Assembly: GCA_964460855.1 (NCBI GenBank)
Contig: CAYWQH010000003.1
Location: 69,410-125,579 of the forward strand
Reading direction: 5' to 3'
Source: an uncultured Candidatus Saccharibacteria bacterium
Lineage (GTDB): Bacteria > Patescibacteriota > Saccharimonadia > Saccharimonadales > UBA10212
DNA length: 56,170 nucleotides
A program made the translations under genes and the position numbers. Shown here piece by piece: positions 28,801-41,927 of this stretch; the first letter of the stretch is position 1, and every line of letters begins with the position of its first letter. The notes beneath the pieces are model-generated. The model was given only the letters and a program-made list of their open reading frames with translations, was not told where the DNA came from and did no database searches.

Positions 28801-30048
28801 ATGCTCATGCTAAATTCAAATGGCTCGGGTAATCATCCGAAGCACGTAGTTATTGTGGGCGGCGGGTTCGGCGGAATTGCCGTGGCCCGGCGGCTGGCTA
28901 AGCGGCGCGACCTGATGGTAACGGTTATTAGCGACTTAACCACTTTCCGCTATTATCCGGCATTATTCCGGCTGGCTGTCGGCTTTAGCCGGCGGCAGGG
29001 CTTAATACCCTTAAAGTCGATAATTAAAGAAGGGCCGCGGCTGCAAATCGTACATGCCGAAATTAAAGACATCAATCCTGATACCAAAGTTATTAGCACC
29101 AGTAAAAACCTTCATTTCAAATTTGATTACGCTGTTTTAGCACTGGGCGTTACTACCAGTTATTTCGGCATCCACGGACTCGAAGACTTCAGTTACAGTA
29201 TAAAATCACCCGACAAATTACGGGCCTTCCATAACCACCTTCACGAAATGGTAACCAGCAAAAATGACCACGAAAGCAATTATGTGATTGTCGGCGGCGG
29301 ACCAACCGGAGTAGAATTGGCCGCCAGCTTGGGCGAATACCTTAAAACGGTTGCCCGGCGCCACCATATCAAGCTGCATAAAGTCCGGCTGGAAATTATC
29401 GAAGCCGCGCCGCGGTTGTTGCCAGCCTTCGACCCCAAAGCCAGCGAAATGGCCGCCAAACGCCTCAAAAAGCTGGGCATCAAAATACTAACCGGCTCCA
29501 AAGTACAGGGCGAAACCAAGAAATCGCTTATGGTAGATGGCCGCAGCCTGCCGACGCATACGGTAGTTTGGACGGCCGGCGTTACTAATAACGAATTTTA
29601 CCGTAAGCACAGCAGTATATTTACATTCAGCAAGCGAGGCAAAGTTATTGTAGACCGGCACCTGCAGGCCCGCCCCGATTTATATGTAATTGGCGACAAC
29701 GCCGAAACGTCCCACAGCGGCCTGGCCGAAGTGGCTATTGCCCATGCCAAGTATGCCAGCAAAGATATTATCCGCCAGTCGCGCGGATTGCCGCGGCTTG
29801 GCTACCACGAGCACCAGCCGACATACGTTGTGCCGGTTGGTACCCGTTTTGCCATTATGCAAAGCGGGCATTTCGTGATGGGCGGCTGGATAGCCAGTAA
29901 AATCCGCGATGTCGCCGATTTAATAGGTTATGCCGACATTATGGGTTGGCGCCAGGCCTGGAAAACATCGCGCAAGCGCGAACAGCAAGAAGAAAATTCC
30001 TGCCGCATATGCAAGGCCGCCTTAGCCGCCGAAATTCCGGACCATTAA
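28801..30048 (+). CDS. ndh: Type II NADH dehydrogenase (NDH-2)
   Basis: Two dinucleotide-binding motifs, VVIVGGGFGGIAVA and YVIVGGGPTGVELA. The length (415 aa) and layout are typical of NDH-2. Confidence 0.85.
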   Translation: MLMLNSNGSGNHPKHVVIVGGGFGGIAVARRLAKRRDLMVTVISDLTTFRYYPALFRLAVGFSRRQGLIPLKSIIKEGPRLQIVHAEIKDINPDTKVISTSKNLHFKFDYAVLALGVTTSYFGIHGLEDFSYSIKSPDKLRAFHNHLHEMVTSKNDHESNYVIVGGGPTGVELAASLGEYLKTVARRHHIKLHKVRLEIIEAAPRLLPAFDPKASEMAAKRLKKLGIKILTGSKVQGETKKSLMVDGRSLPTHTVVWTAGVTNNEFYRKHSSIFTFSKRGKVIVDRHLQARPDLYVIGDNAETSHSGLAEVAIAHAKYASKDIIRQSRGLPRLGYHEHQPTYVVPVGTRFAIMQSGHFVMGGWIASKIRDVADLIGYADIMGWRQAWKTSRKREQQEENSCRICKAALAAEIPDH

Positions 30049-30051
30049 TAA

Positions 30052-30471
30052 TTAGCGGCGCTTGCGGCGGCGGACGGCTTGCAAGCGGGCGTCATAACCC
30101 TTAACCAGCCTTTGGGCTTCGGCCAGGTCGATGTGAGTTTTGGCTTCAGTGGCCAGTTTTTGGGCATTTTCCAAGGCCTTCAGGGCGTCGGCTTCGCTAA
30201 TCTCATCAGGGGCGGCGACTTCATCGGCTAAAAAGCGGACGGTTTGGCCGTCTACCTGTATAACACCGCCGGCTGTCGAAAACACTTCCATTTTGTCACT
30301 GGCATCGCCGGCTTGGCGGCGGACACTTATCAAGCCTGGGGCCGCGGCGCTCATCAGCGGCATATGCTGGCCGAAAACGCCAATAGTGCCGTCTTCGGTT
30401 GGCATAACAACTTCGTAAACTTCTTCGTCGAATTTAGTGCCGGTTACCCCAACCAGCTGGAAGCGGATCAT
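30052..30471 (-). CDS. atpC: F1 ATP synthase epsilon subunit
   Basis: 139-aa ORF directly downstream of atpD, with a beta-sandwich plus helical-hairpin pattern. Confidence 0.85.
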   Translation of the reverse strand: MIRFQLVGVTGTKFDEEVYEVVMPTEDGTIGVFGQHMPLMSAAAPGLISVRRQAGDASDKMEVFSTAGGVIQVDGQTVRFLADEVAAPDEISEADALKALENAQKLATEAKTHIDLAEAQRLVKGYDARLQAVRRRKRR

Positions 30472-32756
<2,285 letters not shown>

Positions 32757-32757
32757 T

Positions 32758-34323
32758 TTAAGCCGCTTCTTTCTTGTCTTTATGGTCGGCGGCGTGATAT
32801 TGCTTGGCGATTTGCTGGGCGGTTTTTAATATCAACTCTTTGGTTTTGTCGTCGGGCTTTTCGCCTTTATTTAACTCTTCCATGGGTTTGCGGTGGTGCT
32901 GGATCAAGCTGTCCATTAGCGCCGACTGGGCTTTCTTAACGGAGTCTGCCGGGATTTCATCAAAAGCTCCGCCGGAGGCCGCCAAAACGATGGCCGTTTG
33001 CTGCCAGACGCTTAAGGGGCTGTACTGGGGCTGTTTGAGGATTTCGGTCAGCAGCCGGCCGCGGCTGAGCCGCTGTTTGGTCTCCGCGTCCAAGTCGGAG
33101 CTGAACTGGCTGAAAGCGGCCAGTTCGCGGAACTGGGCCAGGCTCAGGCGCAGGCCGCTGGCCACGCTTTTTACGGCTGCCGTCTGGGCATTTCCGCCAA
33201 CGCGCGAAACGCTTAAACCAACGTTAACGGCCGGGCGAACACCTTGGTAAAACAAGTCGGTTTCCAGGTAAATCTGGCCGTCGGTAATCGAAATAACATT
33301 TGTAGGGATATATGCGCTGACGTCGCCGGCCTGGGTTTCGATAATCGGCAGGGCGGTTAAACTGCCGGCGCCCTTGGCGTCGCTCATTTTAGCGGCCCGT
33401 TCCAGAAGGCGCGAATGCAGGTAGAACACGTCGCCGGGGTAGGCTTCGCGGCCGGGCGGGCGGCGCAGCAGCAAACTCATCTGGCGGTAAGCGGCGGCAT
33501 GCTTGCTTAAATCATCGTAAATAATCAGGGCATGCTGCCCGTTGTCGCGGAAATATTCGCCCATAGCCGCGCCGGCATAAGGCGCCAAGTATTGCAGCGG
33601 GGCGGGGTCGGCAGCAGACGTCGCCACGATAATGCTTTGCTCCATCACGCCTTCGCGCTTCAGCCGTTCGATTAAGCGGGCGATTTTGGCATACTTCTGG
33701 CCGACAGCCACGTAGATATTTATAATGTCGGTGCCCTGGCGTTTCTGGTTAATCATAGTATCGACCGCCACGGCCGTTTTGCCGGTTTGGCGGTCGCCGT
33801 AAATCAGCTCGCGCTGGCCGCGGCCTATCGGGATCATCGTATCTATGGCCGTAATGCCGGTCATTAGCGGCTCGTGCACGCCTTTGCGGTCAATAACACC
33901 GGGGGCAGGGCGTTCCACCAGGCCGCGCTGTCCGGTTTTAATTTCGCCGCCTTCGTCCAGCGGCTGGCCCAGCGGGTTTACTACCCGTCCGACTAACTCG
34001 GGACCAATCGGCACAGATAAAACTTCGCCGGTAAGGCGCACCTGGGCGCCGGCTTTGATTTTTTGTTCTTCGCCCAGCAATACGGCGCCGATTTCGTCTT
34101 CCATCAGGTTCAGGGCGAAAGCCGTGACAAACGACCCGTCGGTAGCTTCGATTTCCAGCATTTCGTTATAACCGCAAGCCCTAAGGCCGTAAATCCAGGC
34201 CACGCCGTCGCCGGCCCTGGTTACAATACCACTGTCGGAGCTGGCATCTTGGCTGGTTAGTTCGGCGATAGCCCGCCGGACTTCTTCGGACAGTTCTCGT
34301 ACGTTATTTTGCAGCTCAGCCAC
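32758..34323 (-). CDS. atpA: F1 ATP synthase alpha subunit
   Basis: Walker A GDRQTGKT. 521 aa. Operon position supports the call. Confidence 0.97.
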   Translation of the reverse strand: MAELQNNVRELSEEVRRAIAELTSQDASSDSGIVTRAGDGVAWIYGLRACGYNEMLEIEATDGSFVTAFALNLMEDEIGAVLLGEEQKIKAGAQVRLTGEVLSVPIGPELVGRVVNPLGQPLDEGGEIKTGQRGLVERPAPGVIDRKGVHEPLMTGITAIDTMIPIGRGQRELIYGDRQTGKTAVAVDTMINQKRQGTDIINIYVAVGQKYAKIARLIERLKREGVMEQSIIVATSAADPAPLQYLAPYAGAAMGEYFRDNGQHALIIYDDLSKHAAAYRQMSLLLRRPPGREAYPGDVFYLHSRLLERAAKMSDAKGAGSLTALPIIETQAGDVSAYIPTNVISITDGQIYLETDLFYQGVRPAVNVGLSVSRVGGNAQTAAVKSVASGLRLSLAQFRELAAFSQFSSDLDAETKQRLSRGRLLTEILKQPQYSPLSVWQQTAIVLAASGGAFDEIPADSVKKAQSALMDSLIQHHRKPMEELNKGEKPDDKTKELILKTAQQIAKQYHAADHKDKKEAA

Positions 34324-34717
34324 GGGCTATCTCCCTTTTTAATCTCTTAAGTTGGTTATTGGCGGTTAAATCGACGGTCCTGGTGGCCGTTTGCAGCCTA
34401 AAGCCGCCTAGTACTTCGGGATTGACGGTATTTTCGATGACCGCCGTTTTAACTTTGGTCAGTTGTTTGGCCAGGGCCCGTAGTTTGGTTTCCAGCGCTT
34501 CGCTCAGCGGATGGGCGGAAGTAACATTGGCCTTTGCCAATTCTCCGGTATGCTCTAAATAATAGTAAATGTCATCTACCAGCATCTGGCTGTCGCCGGA
34601 ACGGTTGGATGTTGCCAGCTCAGATGCCAGTTGGCCGGCCAACTGCTTGGCATCGGCGCCTTCAACCAGCTGCCGGCCGGCATAAACCGCCAATTCGCGG
34701 CGTGACGGCGCTTTCAT
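34316..34717 (-). CDS. atpH: F1 ATP synthase delta (OSCP) subunit, short form
   Basis: 133-aa ORF between atpF and atpA, overlapping both. The C-terminal VLGGFRLQ motif resembles delta subunits. It is shorter than the usual ~180 aa. Confidence 0.75.
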   Translation of the reverse strand: MKAPSRRELAVYAGRQLVEGADAKQLAGQLASELATSNRSGDSQMLVDDIYYYLEHTGELAKANVTSAHPLSEALETKLRALAKQLTKVKTAVIENTVNPEVLGGFRLQTATRTVDLTANNQLKRLKREIARG

Positions 34718-35247
34718 GTGCGGACCTCTTCGATGCTTTTGCTGACCAGCTCGTGGTCGGCCGCGCCGGTTAGTTTTTGACGGACGATTTTTTCGCTGGC
34801 TTCAGTAACCAGGGCGGCCAGCTCGGATTTCAGCTCGGACTTTAATTGGAGCCGGTCGCGCTCCAGCTGCAGCTGGCCCTCTTTAATAATCGCTTCGGCT
34901 TTTTGGCCGGCGGCTGCCTCGGCAGCGGTAATCAGTTCTTTAGCCTGGTTACGGGCATCGCCGAGGGCTTCGTCGGCCTGGCCGCGGGCCCTGTTAAGTA
35001 AATCGCCGGCTTTGGCTTCGGCGTCGGCTAAAGCTTTTTCGGTTTCTTTTGCCTGGTCCAGGCTTTTTTCCAACACTTCGCGGCGGTTTTCGATGGTTTC
35101 GATTAACTTTGGCAGCGCCCAGCGTTTTAAAACCAGCAATACTATCAGGAAGGTAACCATCTGGAATATAAAGCTTTTCAAATTAACATGGAAAGCTCCC
35201 AGCCCGCTGGAAGAGGAGTCGGCGAATTGTACGGCGTTTATATTCAC
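34714..35247 (-). CDS. atpF: Fo ATP synthase b subunit
   Basis: 177 aa with a single N-terminal TM helix followed by a long charged Ala/Glu/Lys-rich helix. Confidence 0.85.
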   Translation of the reverse strand: MNINAVQFADSSSSGLGAFHVNLKSFIFQMVTFLIVLLVLKRWALPKLIETIENRREVLEKSLDQAKETEKALADAEAKAGDLLNRARGQADEALGDARNQAKELITAAEAAAGQKAEAIIKEGQLQLERDRLQLKSELKSELAALVTEASEKIVRQKLTGAADHELVSKSIEEVRT

Positions 35248-35266
35248 TGCTTTTTAGCTGGCTCCC

Positions 35267-35482
35267 TTAAGTCGTAAATAGAATTAGCAAAACAAAGGCT
35301 AAAACGGCATCAACCAGGCCGATCATAATGAAAGCGGTCGATAAAATTTTACCTTGGATTTCCGGGTTGCGGCCAACGGCGCCGACTACCGAAGCGCCGA
35401 TTAAGCCCACGCCGATAGCCGGGCCGATGGCGCCGAGGCCGATAGTAATACCTTTAATAAATGCGGGGTCAACATGTTCCAC
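35267..35482 (-). CDS. atpE: Fo ATP synthase c subunit
   Basis: 71-aa two-helix hairpin with Gly-rich helix 1 (GLGAIGPAIGVGLIG) and a carboxylate in helix 2 (IGLVDAV). Confidence 0.9.
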   Translation of the reverse strand: MEHVDPAFIKGITIGLGAIGPAIGVGLIGASVVGAVGRNPEIQGKILSTAFIMIGLVDAVLAFVLLILFTT

Positions 35483-35519
35483 GCCTAAAATCTCCTTCTC
35501 TGGTTAGTTATTTTCATGT

Positions 35520-36359
35520 TCAAGCTCCACTGACCGCTACTTTTTTACCCAGCCGGCGCCTGGAATTGGCCGGTTGCGGTTCATGTTCGGCAGTCTCTTC
35601 CGGGTGGCTGGTTGCCATAACGATATAGGTTGTGGTAAGCATCATAAATAAGTAAGCCTGCACGAATGAGAAGAAAATCTCGAGGAACATGATTGGCAAA
35701 GTTGCCGCCCAGGCGAAATTGCCTGATATTTGGGCAATGGCTACCAGTAGGGCTTCGCCGCCGTAAATTACGCCGAACAGCCGAAGCGATAATGTCACCA
35801 ACCGTAAAACTTCGCCGAATACTTCGTTCAACCCGATAAATAAGTTCATAGGGTTCCAGGGCTTATTGGTGAAGTAGTGTTTTAAGCGCCCCATAACCCC
35901 TAATTCTTTTATAGCGTAAACATGGACAACGGTTAAGCTTATGATGGCCATGGCCAAAGTTGAATTTAAGTCGGTTGTAAACGACCGGAACAGAGAAACG
36001 GGCTCGCCGTTGGCGCTGTAAGTTATAGAATCGACGCCCGGCAATAAACCGCTCAAATTACAGGCTAGTATAAAAACGAATAAAGTAATTAGCAGGGGGA
36101 AGTGCTTGGACGCTTTTTTGCGGTCGCCAAACGATTCGGCGATCATGCCATAAAGAAGCTCTACCATGCTCTCCACGTAAAAGGCTAACTTACTGACCGG
36201 CCGGATTTGGCTGCGGTGGGCGGCCAAACCCAACAATCCAAGCACGAAAGCAGCCGTAATAATACCCGTCAACATGCTGTTGGTTAGCGGCAACGGCCCG
36301 ATATCCACCAGCTTTTGGGCGGCCAAGGGCGCGTTTTCGGCGGCCAAACTAAAAATCAT
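35520..36359 (-). CDS. atpB: Fo ATP synthase a subunit
   Basis: 279-aa polytopic ORF with the essential Arg context LSLRLFGVIYGGE. First gene of the operon. Confidence 0.9.
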   Translation of the reverse strand: MIFSLAAENAPLAAQKLVDIGPLPLTNSMLTGIITAAFVLGLLGLAAHRSQIRPVSKLAFYVESMVELLYGMIAESFGDRKKASKHFPLLITLFVFILACNLSGLLPGVDSITYSANGEPVSLFRSFTTDLNSTLAMAIISLTVVHVYAIKELGVMGRLKHYFTNKPWNPMNLFIGLNEVFGEVLRLVTLSLRLFGVIYGGEALLVAIAQISGNFAWAATLPIMFLEIFFSFVQAYLFMMLTTTYIVMATSHPEETAEHEPQPANSRRRLGKKVAVSGA

Positions 36360-36459
36360 CGCGGGTTTCCCCTAATAGAATTTATACACCTCATTGCTTT
36401 AAACTATTTTAACAGAGGAGGCGGTGGCGGTTCAAATTATGCTTTAGATTAAAGCCAGG

Positions 36460-37008
36460 TTATTTTTTGGCGGCTGTCTTTTTATGATGGGCGGCGCCTA
36501 CCATAAATTCGTCATGCACCTGGTACAAAAAATAAAGGCCGATAACGGTGGTAAAGAAAGCCCAAACCAGGCGGCTGACACCGCCATAATCCTGGAAAGC
36601 TGCGGCTACACCGTATACCAAATTTAACAGCGCGCCGAGCAACAATAATTGCCAGCCGTAGTGTTCGCGGCGGCGCAAGCTGGGGTAGGCCATAAGCAAG
36701 ATAACCGCGTCAACCACTAAAGCGCCTAAAGCCAGGTAAAAGAACAGGCCGAGATGCTGCACAACCGCCCCGGATCCGTAGGCTTGCGCAATTGAGTTAG
36801 CATAATCAATAACCTGGTTGGTTATATGGCCGGCATGCCACAATAGCCAGGCCGCCAACAACTGCAAAATACCAAAAATTAAGGCGATAGGCGGCCACCA
36901 GTTGGCCAGGGCTTTGCGGGTAGTTTTACGAAGTTGCGGGGCGCCTTCAAACATTTCGCCCAGCCGCGTTTCTAATTTTTCTAATGTGCTCACCCCTATA
37001 TCCTCCAT
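36460..37008 (-). CDS. Hypothetical membrane protein (about 4 TM)
   Basis: 182-aa ORF with hydrophobic helices after a ~45-aa soluble N-terminus. No family recognised. Confidence 0.5.
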   Translation of the reverse strand: MEDIGVSTLEKLETRLGEMFEGAPQLRKTTRKALANWWPPIALIFGILQLLAAWLLWHAGHITNQVIDYANSIAQAYGSGAVVQHLGLFFYLALGALVVDAVILLMAYPSLRRREHYGWQLLLLGALLNLVYGVAAAFQDYGGVSRLVWAFFTTVIGLYFLYQVHDEFMVGAAHHKKTAAKK

Positions 37009-37056
37009 AAAATGCTTATGGTGTTAGCGTAGCCCCATTGTGCGAAATTCACAAGA

Positions 37057-38046
37057 TCAAACAATTATCATGGCATCGCCAAAAGAGTAAAACCGGTATT
37101 TTTGGGAGATGGCGTGGGCATAAATGGTTCGGGCAATTTCCGCCGATCCTAAAAAAGTAGCCACTAAAATAAACAGCGAGCTTTTTGGCAAATGGAAATT
37201 GGTAATCATCGACCCGGCCGAGCTGAACTGGTGGCCGGGCTGTATAAATAAATCCGTCCAGCCGCTTTGGGCCCGGTACGGTTTGGCGGCGCTTTCTAAC
37301 AAGCGCAGGCTAGTGGTGCCAACAGCGGTTAAGTTCCGGGCGCCGTTAAGTTGCTTGGCGGCAGCTTGTGAAATTTCAAAAAATTCAGCGTGCAGCTTGC
37401 CGCTAGACAACTGTTCTTTTCTAAGTGGCCAAAAAGTACCTAAACCAACGTTTAGCGTAACTTTTATTAACCCGTGCGATTGGCCTAAAGTTTTTATTTG
37501 GGCAGACGTAAAATGTAGCCCGGCGGTGGGGGCGGCTTTGCTGCCCGGGCGGGCCGCATATACCGTTTGGTAGTCGCCGCTGTAACTATCGTTGGGCGCT
37601 ATATATGGCGGTAAGGGCGTTTGCCGGTACTTATCCAACCGGCTGTCCCCGATAGGCATGTTCAGTTTAAGCGTCCGCACGCCCTCGCCGTCAATCTCCA
37701 GTGTTTCAACAATTAGGGGCCCTAGCTCGGTTAACCGGCCGACTTTAAATTTGCGGCCCGGTTTAACCAGTGCGGTAATAGTGGTTGGTCCGATTGAATC
37801 CAGATGGAATATTTCTACATCGCCAAATCGCAGGCGGGCCTTGTCTACTTTGGTATTGTTAATAACCAAGTCGCTACCGGCAGGCAAATATTTTTCGAGG
37901 TTATAAAAATAATCATCGGTTATTTGGCCGGTTTGGCGGTTATAAACCAGCAGCCTGGCATGGTCGCGCGGCCGGGCCGGCCGCTGGGCAATTAACTCTG
38001 GCGGCAGTTTAAAGTCGTAATTTTCTAAGTTGAGCATTGTCCACAT
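37057..38046 (-). CDS. queA: S-adenosylmethionine:tRNA ribosyltransferase-isomerase
   Basis: 329 aa. N-terminal YDFKLPPELIAQRPARPRDHARLLV plus PPYI, TAGLHFT, VGTTSLR and NFHLPKSSL motifs. Confidence 0.9.
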   Translation of the reverse strand: MWTMLNLENYDFKLPPELIAQRPARPRDHARLLVYNRQTGQITDDYFYNLEKYLPAGSDLVINNTKVDKARLRFGDVEIFHLDSIGPTTITALVKPGRKFKVGRLTELGPLIVETLEIDGEGVRTLKLNMPIGDSRLDKYRQTPLPPYIAPNDSYSGDYQTVYAARPGSKAAPTAGLHFTSAQIKTLGQSHGLIKVTLNVGLGTFWPLRKEQLSSGKLHAEFFEISQAAAKQLNGARNLTAVGTTSLRLLESAAKPYRAQSGWTDLFIQPGHQFSSAGSMITNFHLPKSSLFILVATFLGSAEIARTIYAHAISQKYRFYSFGDAMIIV

Positions 38047-38084
38047 TATAAATTTCTGGATAATATTTAAACAGAAGGAGCCCT

Positions 38085-38594
38085 ATGCCCGAAAAACCCG
38101 AAATCGAACATATGAAGATTGGTCTCGATAAGGACCGCAGGTCCGAATTAATTAGTATTTTGCAACAACTAGGCGGAATACATTACGTAGAGATTGAATT
38201 TTCGCCAAACAGGCAGCCAGTCAGGGCCGTGCTGGATATAGAGCGCTATAACCCCGAAATTGTTACCTGGCTAAAAGACGAAGCCAGCAAAAAAATACAG
38301 CCGGTAATAACCGCCGAAAGTTTCCGCCAATTCGCGGTCAGTAAAAACGAAGCGCCGAGCGAAGGCCAAAGCATTGCCAACGCGCTGCTGCGGCGCTACG
38401 CGCCAATTTCCGGCTTGCCCCAGCCCTATTTGTTTTATAACCAAACCACCGAATTGCCGGTAGGCGTGCTGGCCAACCACATGGCAAATTTGTACTTGCA
38501 AATCCAAACCACCCCCCAGTTTTTTCCTGGCATAGGCGAAGACCGGGCCAAATTAATCGGCCAGCTGGTAGAGGAGTTGTACGTAGAGTCGTGA
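38085..38594 (+). CDS. Hypothetical protein
   Basis: 169-aa ORF, 12 nt upstream of the helicase-nuclease gene on the same strand. GGAG lies upstream of the ATG. No family recognised. Confidence 0.5.
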   Translation: MPEKPEIEHMKIGLDKDRRSELISILQQLGGIHYVEIEFSPNRQPVRAVLDIERYNPEIVTWLKDEASKKIQPVITAESFRQFAVSKNEAPSEGQSIANALLRRYAPISGLPQPYLFYNQTTELPVGVLANHMANLYLQIQTTPQFFPGIGEDRAKLIGQLVEELYVES

Positions 38595-38606
38595 GATAAT
38601 AATCTT

Positions 38607-41600
38607 ATGACACTGTTTGAGAGGGCTTACAAGCAGCTAAACGACCAACAGCGCCAAGCCGTCGACCAAATCGACGGCCCAGTGCTGGTCATCGCCGGGC
38701 CGGGAACCGGCAAAACCCAGCTGTTATCAACGCGGGTGGCCCGCATTTTAAACCAAACCGACACGCCCCCCGAAACAATCCTGTGCCTGACTTTTACCGA
38801 ATCGGGCGTGCAGGCCATGCGCCAACGGCTGTTCAGTTTAATCGGCGAAGCAGCTTACGACGTCCAAATAAGTACTTACCACGCTTTTGGCAGCGATTTA
38901 ATCCGGCGCTACCCGGAATATATTGGCCAGTCCAATTTGCGGCCGATAGACGAGCTCGGCCAGGATGCCACTCTGCGCCAAATCCTGGCCGGGTTGCCGT
39001 TTAACAACCCGCTGCGCTGGCCCGACGCTTATTTGCGCGACCTGAAAACATTTATTTCCGACGCCAAGCGGGCGTTGCTGGAGCCGGGCGACATTGCCGC
39101 TGCCGCCAAAGATAACCTGGCGGTTATTAAAGCAACCAGTGCCATTTGCAAAGAGGTACTGGGTGATTTGCCGCGGATCGATAAAAAGTCGGTGGCCAAA
39201 TTCGAGATGCTGCTGGATGCCTTAAAAGACCAATATTCGGGCAAGTTCGGCCTGCTAGGTATATGCCGCTCAGAGCTAGCCATCGCCCTGGATGAATGCC
39301 TGCAAACCAATAAAACCACCCCGTTAACGGTTTGGAAAAACAAGTGGCTGGCCCGCGACGACGACGGCTATATCGTAATGGCCGGCAAAGCAGTAAATGA
39401 TAAATTACTGCTGGCCGCCGATATTTACGCCCAGTACCAGGCCGCTTTGGCCGGCCAAAACATATACGATTACGACGACATGGTGCTGCGGGCCATCAAA
39501 GCCTTGCAGGAAAACCCCGAATTTAAATTCACCCTGGCCGAACAGTACTTATACTTCCTGCTGGACGAATTCCAGGATACCAACACCGCCCAATTGCGGT
39601 TGATAGAATTACTCACCGATAACCCGATCCATGAGGGCCGGCCCAATATTTTAGCCGTAGGCGACGACGACCAGGCTATTTACGCTTTCCAGGGCGCCGA
39701 CCATTCCAATATGCTGGCCTTCCAGCAAATGTACCGCAACGTAAATCTAATAACTTTAATTAATAATTACCGCTCGCACGAAAATCTGCTGCACGTGGCC
39801 CAAAACATTGCCGGGCAAATCCAGTCGCGGCTGCATATAACTTTAGGCAGTGTCAGCAAGCAGTTGGTTGCCGCCAACCGGCATTTTGATAACGATATCG
39901 CCATCGCCCGGCACGAATTTGTAACTGATGCCGCCCAATACAGCTGGCTGGCCGAAAAAATCGCCGCTTTAATCAAAAGCGGCATGCCGCCGCGCCAAAT
40001 CGCCGTACTGGCTCCCAAGCATAAATATTTACAGCCGCTGCTGCCGTATCTCAGCGCCCAAACCGTGGCCGTACAATACGAAAAGCGCGAAAACGTTTTG
40101 GATGACCAGTTAGTTAGGGAGCTTGAGACTATGGCCCGGCTGGTAGTAGCCCTGCAAAACCAGGACTTCCAGCAGGCCGACAGCCTGTGGCCGACGGTCT
40201 TGAGTTTTGATTTTTGGCAACTGCCCACCAAACTCATCTGGAAACTCAGCTGGGAAGCTTATGACAGCGGCGAGTCGTGGACGACTCTGGCCATGAACCA
40301 AGAAAAGCTTAGCGGCATCGCCGTATTTTTTGCCCGGCTGGCCGATTTAATGTTGATCTCCACCGCCGAACAGCAGCTGGATTTATTAATTGGCAACGCC
40401 GACGAAGCCCTTTATTTCGAACTAAACGTGCAGCCGGTAAGCACTTTTTTTGAATACTATTTTAGCCAGCGGCAAATTACCAACAGCGCCGCCCGCTACT
40501 TGCAGCTGCTAAGCAGTTTAACCGTGCTGCGCCAGAAATTGCGCGATTACAAACGCTACGACGACACGCCGCTTACCTTAGCCGACTTTATAGAATTTAT
40601 CGATGCCCACCGGGCCGCCGAAATTCCTATCATCAATACCAGCCCGTATTACGAATCGCCCGATGCCGTGCAGCTGATGACCGCCTACAAGGCCAAAGGC
40701 CTGGAGTTCGACGCCGTTTTTGTTATCGCTTGCCAGGACGACGTTTGGGGCAGGGCCAGCCGGACCCAAACCAGCGCCATCAGTTTGCCGGCAAATTTGC
40801 TGCCAATCCGTTATGCCGGCGCTACCGAAGACGAAAGGCTGCGGTTATTTTTTGTAGCCGCTACCCGGGCGCGCTGCCAGCTTTACCTGACCAGCTACGT
40901 CCAAACCATCAGCGGTAAAGCCAGCCCCCGCTTAAGATACCTTCGGGAACAAATAGACGACAGCGGCCAAATTACCAGTTTATTGCTGCCTGGGGGCACC
41001 GCTATAAATATCGAAACGGTCACCGCTGACAACTTGCCTCAGGCTGATTTATTCGAGCATTTCTGGCAGCACCGCCACCGGCCGCCATTCAAAACGACCC
41101 TTAAAGATATGCTGACGCCGCGGCTGGCCAACTATAAACTAAGCCCCACACACTTAAATCACTTTACCGATTTGTTGTACGGCGGTCCGGAAGATTTCTT
41201 TTTAGGAACCATTTTGCGCTTTCCCAAAAGCCCGACGGCTGATGGCACTTATGGCAATGCCGTGCATGAAACCATCGAATGGCTGCACCATATGCTTAAA
41301 ACCGAGGGCGGTTTGCCGGCTAACGAGCAAACCCTCGAATACTTTGCTGAGCGGATAAAATCCAAGCGCTTGCCGGCCAGCCAAACCGACAATATTTTGC
41401 ACCGCGGGCGGCAAATCCTGCCTAAATTCTTGCAAGAATACAGCTCCGAATTCAAAACTGCCGACTTACACGAGCGAAATTTCAGAAGCGAAGGCGTATT
41501 AGTCGGCAAGATCCACTTAAGCGGCAAAATAGATAAAATCCGGCTTGATACCGAAAAGAAAACGGCCATTGTAACCGATTTTAAAACCGGGCGGGGCTAC

Positions 41601-41927
41601 AGCCGCTGGGTCAAAAGCGAATTGCGGCTGCATAAATACCGCCAGCAGTTGCTGACATATAAAATACTTATTGAAGGCTCGCACAGTTTCCGGGGCTACA
41701 GCGTAGCGTCGGGCGAACTGGTATTTGTGGAGCCCGACGAAAACGGCAAAGTTAAACGCCTGGTATTAGATTTTAACGACGAAGAGTTAGCCCGCCACAA
41801 GCAGCTGCTTAAAGCCATGTGGCAATGCGTCCAAACTATGGATTTTCCGGATACGTCCGGCTACCCGCCAACTGTCAACGGTATCGAACAATTTGAAAAC
41901 GATTTAATCGCCGGGCTTAAAAGTTAG
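38607..41927 (+). CDS. UvrD/PcrA-family SF1 helicase fused to a C-terminal PD-(D/E)XK nuclease (AddA-like)
   Basis: Walker A AGPGTGKTQ, motif II DEFQDTN, NNYRS and AYKAKGLEFD. C-terminal nuclease motifs are GKIDKI...AIVTDFKTGR and YRQQLLTY. Confidence 0.85.
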   Translation: MTLFERAYKQLNDQQRQAVDQIDGPVLVIAGPGTGKTQLLSTRVARILNQTDTPPETILCLTFTESGVQAMRQRLFSLIGEAAYDVQISTYHAFGSDLIRRYPEYIGQSNLRPIDELGQDATLRQILAGLPFNNPLRWPDAYLRDLKTFISDAKRALLEPGDIAAAAKDNLAVIKATSAICKEVLGDLPRIDKKSVAKFEMLLDALKDQYSGKFGLLGICRSELAIALDECLQTNKTTPLTVWKNKWLARDDDGYIVMAGKAVNDKLLLAADIYAQYQAALAGQNIYDYDDMVLRAIKALQENPEFKFTLAEQYLYFLLDEFQDTNTAQLRLIELLTDNPIHEGRPNILAVGDDDQAIYAFQGADHSNMLAFQQMYRNVNLITLINNYRSHENLLHVAQNIAGQIQSRLHITLGSVSKQLVAANRHFDNDIAIARHEFVTDAAQYSWLAEKIAALIKSGMPPRQIAVLAPKHKYLQPLLPYLSAQTVAVQYEKRENVLDDQLVRELETMARLVVALQNQDFQQADSLWPTVLSFDFWQLPTKLIWKLSWEAYDSGESWTTLAMNQEKLSGIAVFFARLADLMLISTAEQQLDLLIGNADEALYFELNVQPVSTFFEYYFSQRQITNSAARYLQLLSSLTVLRQKLRDYKRYDDTPLTLADFIEFIDAHRAAEIPIINTSPYYESPDAVQLMTAYKAKGLEFDAVFVIACQDDVWGRASRTQTSAISLPANLLPIRYAGATEDERLRLFFVAATRARCQLYLTSYVQTISGKASPRLRYLREQIDDSGQITSLLLPGGTAINIETVTADNLPQADLFEHFWQHRHRPPFKTTLKDMLTPRLANYKLSPTHLNHFTDLLYGGPEDFFLGTILRFPKSPTADGTYGNAVHETIEWLHHMLKTEGGLPANEQTLEYFAERIKSKRLPASQTDNILHRGRQILPKFLQEYSSEFKTADLHERNFRSEGVLVGKIHLSGKIDKIRLDTEKKTAIVTDFKTGRGYSRWVKSELRLHKYRQQLLTYKILIEGSHSFRGYSVASGELVFVEPDENGKVKRLVLDFNDEELARHKQLLKAMWQCVQTMDFPDTSGYPPTVNGIEQFENDLIAGLKS

